From positions 1 through 37,420 of the forward strand of contig QNDS01000003.1 in assembly GCA_003644925.1 (NCBI GenBank): DNA of 37,420 nt, given 5' to 3'. Positions 20,132 through 27,013 of this stretch are shown here, in pieces (the first letter of the stretch is position 1; every line of letters starts with the position of its first letter). This DNA is from Candidatus Fermentibacterota bacterium (GTDB taxonomy: Bacteria; Fermentibacterota; Fermentibacteria; Fermentibacterales; JCC-6). Both the position numbers and the translations under genes were made by a program. The notes below the pieces were generated by a model. The model searched no databases. It saw only the letters and a list, made by a program, of their open reading frames with translations, and had not been told where the DNA came from.

Positions 20132-21595
20132 TCAGTGAACTTCCGCTCTGCACAGATCCAGGGCACTGTCCAGATCCACCCATCGCCCCGAACTTAGATA
20201 CAGGTTCATTGCTCTGGCAGCCCTTCTTCCATGCCCCATAGCCAGTATGACGGTGGCTGCGCCAAGAACAATATCTCCCCCGGCGAAAACACCGGGTACC
20301 GAAGTCTGACCGGTTATCTCGTTAACCACGATACCACCCCATCTGGTCACTTCAAGATCGGGAAAACAGTTGGGTACAAGCGGATTGGGGCTGTTCCCTA
20401 TGGCGACAATCAATGCATCGGTATTCTCGATGAATTCACTTCCCTCGATCGGAACCGGTCGTCTTCTTCCCGAAGAGTCGGGTTCCCCAAGCTCCATCTT
20501 TATGACCTCTGCACCCTTGATCCATCCTCTATCGTCGCCAACAAGACGCACAGGATTCTGCAGAAGGTGGAATTCAACTCCTTCTTCCTTCGCATGATGG
20601 ATCTCCTCCAGCCTTGCAGGCATCTGTTCCTCTGCCCTCCTGTAAACGATAAGCGATCTTTCAGCTCCCATTCGGAGAGCGGTTCGGGCGCAGTCCATTG
20701 CAACGTTTCCACCGCCAACAGTAATGACTTTCTTACCTTTTACTATGGGTGTGTCAGCCTTCGGAAAATCGTAGGCTTTCATCAGGTTCGCCCGGGTGAG
20801 ATACTCGTTGGCCGAGAGAACCCCCAGAAGGTTTTCTCCATCGACTCTCATAAATCTTGGAAGACCCGCACCGGTTCCGACAAACACCGCATCAAAATCA
20901 TCAACGATCTGCCTTACCGGTATGGTCTTCCCTATCACATAATCGTACCGGAATTCCACGCCAATCTTCTCCAGGTAGTCTACCTCATACTGCACTATTT
21001 TCTTGGGCAGCCTGAACTCCGGAATTCCGTAGACCAGAACACCCCCGGCTTTGTGAAGCGCTTCGAAAACTATCACCTCATGCCCGAACTTGATCAGATC
21101 TCCAGCCACGGTTAGGCCGGCAGGACCTGCACCGATGATCGCAACCCTTTTTCCTGAAGGTTTCAGCGAGGGAGGCTGCTCGAACTCGCCCTGTTCCCGG
21201 TCCCAGTCGGCGATGAACCGTTCGAGCTTGCCTATCATCACCGATTCGCAGGGATTCTTCCTGACCTTGCCGATAGTGCAGAACAGCTGACACTGCTCTT
21301 CCTGAGGACATACCCTTCCGCACATGGCGGGAAGAAGGTTCCTCTCCTTCATCTTCCTGGCAGCGCCCTTGAAGTCCCCAACTTCGATGAGCAATATGAA
21401 ACCGGGGATATCGATACCCACAGGGCAGCCTTCAATGCAGAAAGCCGTTTTACACTGAATGCATCTTTTAGCCTCCAGCATAGCCATTTCGGGAGTATAT
21501 CCAAGGGGTACTTCTTCGAGGTTTTTTACCCGCACCTTCGGATCCTGTTCGGGCATAACAACGGGCGGGATCTTCATTCTTTCTTTGGCGTTCAT
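20132..21595 (-). CDS. nfnB: NfnB/SudA (NfnL) large subunit of NADH-dependent reduced ferredoxin:NADP+ oxidoreductase
   Basis: EAKRCIQCK..CIEGCPV, CGRVCPQEEQC, GAGPAG, YGIPEFRLP, GGGNVAMD, VYRR, AGGDIVLGAATVILAM; coupled to nfnA with a 4-nt overlap. Confidence 0.9.
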   Translation of the reverse strand: MNAKERMKIPPVVMPEQDPKVRVKNLEEVPLGYTPEMAMLEAKRCIQCKTAFCIEGCPVGIDIPGFILLIEVGDFKGAARKMKERNLLPAMCGRVCPQEEQCQLFCTIGKVRKNPCESVMIGKLERFIADWDREQGEFEQPPSLKPSGKRVAIIGAGPAGLTVAGDLIKFGHEVIVFEALHKAGGVLVYGIPEFRLPKKIVQYEVDYLEKIGVEFRYDYVIGKTIPVRQIVDDFDAVFVGTGAGLPRFMRVDGENLLGVLSANEYLTRANLMKAYDFPKADTPIVKGKKVITVGGGNVAMDCARTALRMGAERSLIVYRRAEEQMPARLEEIHHAKEEGVEFHLLQNPVRLVGDDRGWIKGAEVIKMELGEPDSSGRRRPVPIEGSEFIENTDALIVAIGNSPNPLVPNCFPDLEVTRWGGIVVNEITGQTSVPGVFAGGDIVLGAATVILAMGHGRRAARAMNLYLSSGRWVDLDSALDLCRAEVH

Positions 21596-22458
21596 CGTGA
21601 ACCCCCTTCGGACATACTGTCAAGTCTGCAGCCTGCATGGGCGGAATAACCTTCAAGCGCTTCCTTCTCTTCGGATCTGTAAGTGGCAAGGCGCGCCATG
21701 AGTTCATCAAAGTCAACCTTGTGCCCATCGAACTCAGGTCCGTCAATACAGGCGAACTTCACTTCATCACCAACGGTTACCCTGCAGCAACCGCACATCC
21801 CTGTTCCATCGACCATGATCGGGTTAAGGCTGACAATTGTTGGAATACCTAACTTCTCTGTCAGGATACAGACGAATTTCATCATGATCGGTGGTCCCAT
21901 GGCGATACATTGCTCGAATTTCTCGCCTTTATCCACGAGATCCCGGATAGCATCGGTCACGAGGCCCTTCTGGCCTTCCGTACCGTCATCCGTGGTTATT
22001 ATCAGTTCATCACTTGCTTCTCTCATTAAGTCGGTAAGTATGATCAGATTGGCAGATCTTGCTCCAAGGATACTGGTGACATGGTTACCTATATCTTTCA
22101 TTGCTCTTGCAACAGGATACAGAGGGGCGATACCAATACCTCCCCCGACGCAAAGAACCCTGCCGACTTTCTCAATCTCCGTGGGTTCGCCCAGAGGGCC
22201 TGTAAGTGTCGGGATGGAATCACCCTTCCTCATCTGAGCCATCTGCAGGGTTGTTTTACCGACTGCCTGGATGATAAGGGTAATGCTTCCCTCATCGGTA
22301 TCAACATCGGCTATTGTTATTGGAATTCTCTCTCCGTTTTCATTGATCCGCACAATAACGAACTGACCGGGTTTTCTGTATCTGGCGATATCGGGTGCCC
22401 GGAATTTGTACAGGTAGATATCAGGTCCAAGTTTTTCCTTGTGCAGGAGCTGGTACAT
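21592..22458 (-). CDS. nfnA: NfnA/SudB (NfnS) small subunit, ferredoxin-NADP reductase family
   Basis: PGQFV, ERIPITI, GPLG, GGGIGIAP, GPPIMMK, NPIMVDGTGMCGCCRV..ACIDGPEFD. Confidence 0.9.
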   Translation of the reverse strand: MYQLLHKEKLGPDIYLYKFRAPDIARYRKPGQFVIVRINENGERIPITIADVDTDEGSITLIIQAVGKTTLQMAQMRKGDSIPTLTGPLGEPTEIEKVGRVLCVGGGIGIAPLYPVARAMKDIGNHVTSILGARSANLIILTDLMREASDELIITTDDGTEGQKGLVTDAIRDLVDKGEKFEQCIAMGPPIMMKFVCILTEKLGIPTIVSLNPIMVDGTGMCGCCRVTVGDEVKFACIDGPEFDGHKVDFDELMARLATYRSEEKEALEGYSAHAGCRLDSMSEGGSR

Positions 22459-22556
22459 ATGTATCCTCCATTAATACTGCTGAATTCTATTCATGAAGAC
22501 GAGTAATTCAATAATATTGCTGATAATCGACTGCTAATTTCGCTAACAGTCACGGC

Positions 22557-22585
22557 ACAATATCCATGCTGAATATCCCGGTCAA
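22557..22585 (-). promoter_or_regulatory. Putative sigma70 promoter for the nfnAB-regulator-stn cluster
   Basis: Minus strand TTGACC-17 bp-TATTGT. Confidence 0.5.
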
Positions 22586-22617
22586 GTAGTCTATTTCAAA
22601 TCCATCAATATCAGTAC

Positions 22618-22647
22618 TTGACGAAGCACACTATCAATCACTAAAGT
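22618..22647 (+). promoter_or_regulatory. Putative sigma70 promoter for gdhA
   Basis: TTGACG-18 bp-TAAAGT, overlapped by the inverted repeat CAGTACTT/AAGTACTG. Confidence 0.45.
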
Positions 22648-22741
22648 ACTGGTTCGAAGTGACCTGTTTGAATGTTAATGTAACGGAAATATCATGTTTC
22701 TTTGTTCTTAACTCTTTACCCTCGAAGGGAGGGACGGGCAT

Positions 22742-24094
22742 ATGCTCGAAGAACTTTACCAGAAGGTTGTAGAGAAGGACCCGGCTCAGCCTGAGTTTCA
22801 TCAGGCTGTACAGGAAGTCCTCGAGTCACTCGAGGTAGTCCTCGAGAAGCATCCGGAGTACCGCAAGGCAAGAATCCCGGAAAGAATTGTTGAACCGGAA
22901 CGTGTGATCATGTTCAGGGTTCCCTGGGTTGACGATGATGGAGATATCCATGTTAACCGTGGTTTCAGGATTGAAATGAACAGCGCCATAGGGCCATACA
23001 AGGGCGGCCTCCGTTTTCACCCCTCGGTGAACCTTGGCATCCTGAAGTTCCTTGCTTTCGAGCAGGTTTTCAAGAACGCGCTTACAACCATCCCAATGGG
23101 CGGCGGCAAAGGCGGATCTGACTTTGACCCCAAAGGCAAATCCGACCTTGAAGTCATGCGCTTCTGCCAGAGTTTCATGTCCGAACTTTTCCGTCACATC
23201 GGTCCGAGCACCGATGTACCCGCCGGTGATATCGGTGTCGGCGGAAGAGAGATCGGTTACCTCTTCGGTCAGTACAAGAAACTGAGAAACGAATGGAGCG
23301 GAGTTCTCACAGGTAAGGGTCTTCAGTACGGTGGAAGCCTCATAAGACCCGAAGCAACAGGTTACGGCGCTGTATATTTCGGTGAAGAAATGCTCAAGAC
23401 ACGCGGAGACAGTTACGATGGTAAGATATGCCTCGTTTCCGGCGCAGGAAACGTTGCGCAGTACACCACAGAGAAGATCATCGAACTCGGCGGTAAGGTA
23501 GTCACACTCTCAGATTCCGGCGGTTACATTTACGATGAAGATGGTGTTGGCACGGAGAAACTTGCCTTCGTCATGGACCTCAAGAACAACCGCAGGGGCA
23601 GGATCAGCGAATACGCTGAGAAATACCGCAGCGCTCAGTACTTCGCAATTGACCCTGAACTTGACTACAATCCGCTCTGGAACCACAAGGCAGATTGCGC
23701 CTTCCCGAGTGCCACCCAGAACGAGATCAATGCCAAGGATGCACAGAATCTAATCAACAACGGCGTCTTCCTCGTCTCCGAGGGAGCCAACATGCCGACA
23801 GTTCCAGATGGTGTTAACATCTTTATCCAGCATAAAATCCTCTACGGTCCCGGTAAAGCCGCAAACGCTGGCGGCGTATCAACCTCCGGGCTTGAAATGG
23901 CACAGAACGCCACTTTCTCAAGCTGGAGCCGTAAGGAAGTCGATACAAAGCTTCATAACATCATGATCAGCATTCACGCCCAGGCCAGAGCTGCTGCTGA
24001 AATGTACGGAGAACCGGACAACTACGTTCTCGGTGCCAATGCAGCCGGTTTCAGCAAGGTTGCGGATGCCATGATAGCTCAGGGTGTTGTGTAG
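22742..24094 (+). CDS. gdhA: Glutamate dehydrogenase, probably NADP-specific
   Basis: GPYKGGLRFHP, MGGGKGGSDFDP, DVPAGDIGVG, RPEATGYG, SGAGNVA, EGANMP, KAANAGGV; RBS GGAGGG. Confidence 0.96.
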   Translation: MLEELYQKVVEKDPAQPEFHQAVQEVLESLEVVLEKHPEYRKARIPERIVEPERVIMFRVPWVDDDGDIHVNRGFRIEMNSAIGPYKGGLRFHPSVNLGILKFLAFEQVFKNALTTIPMGGGKGGSDFDPKGKSDLEVMRFCQSFMSELFRHIGPSTDVPAGDIGVGGREIGYLFGQYKKLRNEWSGVLTGKGLQYGGSLIRPEATGYGAVYFGEEMLKTRGDSYDGKICLVSGAGNVAQYTTEKIIELGGKVVTLSDSGGYIYDEDGVGTEKLAFVMDLKNNRRGRISEYAEKYRSAQYFAIDPELDYNPLWNHKADCAFPSATQNEINAKDAQNLINNGVFLVSEGANMPTVPDGVNIFIQHKILYGPGKAANAGGVSTSGLEMAQNATFSSWSRKEVDTKLHNIMISIHAQARAAAEMYGEPDNYVLGANAAGFSKVADAMIAQGVV

Positions 24095-24119
24095 GAATAC
24101 TCCTGCAATAGAGTTCGAG

Positions 24120-24151
24120 AAAAGGCCCCCGGCTGAGCCGGGGGTCTTTTT
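24120..24151. terminator. Intrinsic terminator after gdhA, probably bidirectional
   Basis: AAAAGGCCCCCGGC-tga-GCCGGGGGTCTTTTT. Confidence 0.88.
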
Positions 24152-24386
24152 CAACACCACAAACTGGTTTCCACTATACCATGTACGGTGTGTGATTCCT
24201 CTGTAATGAGTTCTTGAACAGCAACCACTCTTTGTATTCACAGTAATGGCAAGTTACTAATATTGAAACTCCCTGATATGTGGACTCTACATAGTCATTG
24301 TTCGCTTCAAAAATGGCTCAAAGTAATAGCGTTGCATAATGTTGCACTATGATGTATATATGCAATGCTGAAGTGGAGGTGATACA

Positions 24387-24605
24387 ATGGCTACAGCTGT
24401 ACGGATTTCTGAAAAGCTTATGCGAGAGGCTAAGTTAATGAGTTCCGTCGACAGTCGATCTGCAACTGGTCAGATCGAGCATTGGGCCAGGATTGGGAAA
24501 TGTGCAGAGGAAAATCCGAATCTTACTTACAGTCTGATTAAGGACATTCTGATCGGTCTAGAGGAATTAGATCACGATGATTCCCTTGTGTATAAGTTCG
24601 GATAG
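24387..24605 (+). CDS. ParD-like type II antitoxin (cassette 1)
   Basis: MATAVRIS...RSATGQIEHWARIG; RBS GGAGGTG; directly upstream of the toxin. Confidence 0.85.
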   Translation: MATAVRISEKLMREAKLMSSVDSRSATGQIEHWARIGKCAEENPNLTYSLIKDILIGLEELDHDDSLVYKFG

Positions 24606-24611
24606 CAGTCT

Positions 24612-24899
24612 ATGAAGGTTGTCCAATCCCGGTCATTCGCGAAGAGAGCCAAACGATTTCAGAAACAGGAAAAGCAAGTTCTTGATAAGCAAGTTCGTGC
24701 AATCTTGAATAATCCGAAAATCGGCCAGGAAAAGCGCGGTGAGTTACGAGGCGTTTTCGTACACAAATTCAAAATACATACTACTCAATACCTCCTTGCC
24801 TACCGTATCAAGGAAAAGGAGATCCTGGAGCTCATAATGATTGGACCTCATGAAAATTACTATAGGGATCTGGAGAAATACGCCAAGGACAGTAAATAA
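24612..24899 (+). CDS. RelE/ParE-family type II toxin (cassette 1)
   Basis: 95 aa, basic; NPKIGQEKRGEL..VHKFK..YLLAY..GPHENYYRDL. Confidence 0.87.
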   Translation: MKVVQSRSFAKRAKRFQKQEKQVLDKQVRAILNNPKIGQEKRGELRGVFVHKFKIHTTQYLLAYRIKEKEILELIMIGPHENYYRDLEKYAKDSK

Positions 24900-24901
24900 T
24901 G

Positions 24902-24976
24902 AGCGAACAATCAGTTTCAGCTGAATGTCAACACCGTTTTGGCTTAACATCCATCTGCTGAACTGAAACGTTATGA
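24902..24976 (+). repeat. attC site 1 (75 bp)
   Basis: R'' AGCGAAC, L'' arm CAGTTTCAGCTGA, L' arm TCTGCTGAACTG (extra base on the left arm), R' GTTATGA. Confidence 0.85.
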
Positions 24977-25536
24977 AAGATATTATGAATAAGGAAATTA
25001 ATATTTCTAAAGAAGCATCACTTTGTTATATAGAGCAATTGCACGCAAAAGAATTGTTTGAATTAACGGATATAAACAGGGAATACCTTAAGCAATGGCT
25101 TCCCTGGTTAGATTATGTCAAGAGTGAAAGTGACACACTCAAGTTTATAAAAAAAGCAATTGCTCAAAATGAAAACTCCTTGGGACCTACATTTGTAATT
25201 TTATACAAAAATAGGATTGGTGGAGTGATTGGGTATCATCCATTTGATAATTTAAATAAAATTGGGGAGATCGGCTATTGGCTTTCACAAAGTTTACAAG
25301 GCAAAGGCATAATTACGTTATCTTGTAAAGCACTTATAAAATTAGGCTTTGAAATGTACAGATTAAATCGAATACAAATTCCGGCTGCCGAAAATAATGG
25401 CAGGAGTAGGTTAGTGCCTGAACGGCTAGGCTTTAAGTATGAAGGTATGATTCGTGAAAGAGAATTTCTATATGGAAAATATGTAAATCATGCGATGTAT
25501 TCTATTCTAAAGAGTGAATATTCAGAAAACTCATAA
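24973..25536 (+). CDS. GNAT N-acetyltransferase, RimJ/RimL family (cassette 2)
   Basis: NREYLKQWLPW, EIGYWL..QGKGI, NGRSRLVPERLGFKYEG. Stop TAA lies in the attC R'' box. Alternative start 24985. Confidence 0.9.
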   Translation: MKDIMNKEINISKEASLCYIEQLHAKELFELTDINREYLKQWLPWLDYVKSESDTLKFIKKAIAQNENSLGPTFVILYKNRIGGVIGYHPFDNLNKIGEIGYWLSQSLQGKGIITLSCKALIKLGFEMYRLNRIQIPAAENNGRSRLVPERLGFKYEGMIREREFLYGKYVNHAMYSILKSEYSENS

Positions 25537-25591
25537 CAATGCCAGCCAGTCGGACACTCGTACCTCGTGCAGCTGATGGCAAACGTTATGT
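25531..25591 (+). repeat. attC site 2 (61 bp)
   Basis: R'' TCATAAC, GCCAGCCAGTCGGAC...GTGCAGCTGATGGC, R' GTTATGT. Confidence 0.85.
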
Positions 25592-25615
25592 GTAAATACA
25601 GAAACGGATTGGAGA

Positions 25616-26464
25616 ATGTTTAAACAACTTGAAGAAATAAACTCACGTCCTTCCCCCTTTCAATTCTACACAGCAGATGAGCTGTGGACTGATGAGTATA
25701 CGTCAAAGAAAATGCTTGAGTATCACTTGAATGAATCGAATGACCTTTCATCACGAAATAAAGATTTTATTGAACGGTCTGCAGACTGGATAATTTCTCA
25801 TTTCGGAGTGGATGCAAATACGAGGATTGCTGATTTTGGCTGCGGGCCGGGTCTATATACAACGTTGTTTGCAGAGACAAATGCTGATGTTACCGGGATT
25901 GATTTTTCTGAGCGGTCTATTCGGTATGCAAGGGAAGTTGCTGATCAAAAAGGATTGGACATCAGCTATTTCCAGCAAAACTATCTGGAGTTTGAGACAG
26001 AAGAGAAATTTGATCTGATTACAATGATTTTTTGTGATTATTGCGCATTGAGCCCGTCGCAAAGAAAGACACTGCTTGGCAAGTTTCGCAAATTCCTGAA
26101 GTCCGGCGGCTCAATTCTGCTTGATGTACATTCGTTGAATACTTTCAATAACAGAGAGGTGTCAGCTACGTGCGAACGCAACCAGCTCAACAATTTTTGG
26201 GCTCCTGGAGATTACTACGGATTTCTGAACACATTCAAATATGACAAAGAAAAAGTAACACTCGACAAATACACGATAATCGAAGAATCACGAACTCGTG
26301 TTGTGTATAACTGGCTGCAGTATTTCAGTCGGGAATCACTCAGGGAAGAGTTTGAGGAGAATGGTTTTAAGGCTGAAGAGTTCTATTCTGATGTTGCAGG
26401 CGCAGCCATTTCTCCGGAATCTTCTGACATTGCTATTGTTGCAAAGGAATCCAATGACACATAA
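25616..26464 (+). CDS. Class I SAM-dependent methyltransferase (cassette 3)
   Basis: IADFGCGPG, TGIDFS, FDLI, LKSGG; stop TAA in a degenerate R'' box. Confidence 0.9.
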   Translation: MFKQLEEINSRPSPFQFYTADELWTDEYTSKKMLEYHLNESNDLSSRNKDFIERSADWIISHFGVDANTRIADFGCGPGLYTTLFAETNADVTGIDFSERSIRYAREVADQKGLDISYFQQNYLEFETEEKFDLITMIFCDYCALSPSQRKTLLGKFRKFLKSGGSILLDVHSLNTFNNREVSATCERNQLNNFWAPGDYYGFLNTFKYDKEKVTLDKYTIIEESRTRVVYNWLQYFSRESLREEFEENGFKAEEFYSDVAGAAISPESSDIAIVAKESNDT

Positions 26465-26481
26465 TAACCGTATAGTTGGTA
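26459..26481 (+). repeat. Collapsed attC remnant
   Basis: ACATAAT (expected ACATAAC), then 9 bp, then GTTGGTA core; no L arms. Confidence 0.5.
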
Positions 26482-26488
26482 CACATAT

Positions 26489-26938
26489 ATGAATATACCT
26501 TCAACAATATCAATACTTAATGGCGCATTTGCCTCTGATGGCGGCTCTATCAGTCTGCTTTTATCAGATCCTCTCGGTCATAAGCATAATGTACTTTTAT
26601 CACAACATCTTCTGCCACCCGGCGGATACCCTGGAGAACGTTTATCTGGTCGGCTTTTCTTCGACGGATCGCTCGTTGAAATAAGGTCTGTGGATGAGCT
26701 GACTATTATTTCCGCTTTGAAAAAGGCAAACATCGAAACCCCGACTCCTGTAAAGAGTCGCTTAAACCCCATCGACACCGCACAACCTGGAATGATCGTT
26801 GGAGACGATATTAGAGACTACTACTCTAAAATTGCAGAAGGTCCGGAAGCGGCACTGCGGCATCTTGTGTGTGAGCTTATAGGCTATGTCGAGTCCCAGG
26901 AGTATGTCACATATGCCAGGAGCCATGAGAAGAAATGA
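26489..26938 (+). CDS. Hypothetical protein, probable cassette 4
   Basis: 149-aa ORF starting 8 bp after the GTTGGTA core; no recognisable family; no downstream attC found. Confidence 0.65.
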   Translation: MNIPSTISILNGAFASDGGSISLLLSDPLGHKHNVLLSQHLLPPGGYPGERLSGRLFFDGSLVEIRSVDELTIISALKKANIETPTPVKSRLNPIDTAQPGMIVGDDIRDYYSKIAEGPEAALRHLVCELIGYVESQEYVTYARSHEKK

Positions 26939-27013
26939 AATCTGTAAGTTAATCGAAAAATAGAACTGTATTCTATTAAACTCAGGACCTTCGGGGATCA
27001 GGCGGGGTCTTTT

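Larger units (their letters stand above)
24300..26938 (+). mobile_element. Integron gene-cassette array without an integrase in the window (CALIN-like)
   Basis: Two intact attC sites. Cassette 5' cores are the reverse complement of their own 3' inverse cores (GTTCGCT/AGCGAAC, GTTATGA/TCATAAC, GTTATGT/ACATAAt). Co-oriented genes; the GNAT cassette is visibly AT-rich. Confidence 0.85.

Noticed and set aside
20132-21595. Glutamate synthase small subunit
   Set aside because: No GltB in the window; the gene is translationally coupled to an NfnA/SudB gene.
24154-24299. Integron integrase remnant or definite attI upstream of cassette 1
   Set aside because: No tyrosine-recombinase-like ORF, and attI sites lack a consensus I can verify by eye; only the GTT core is visible.
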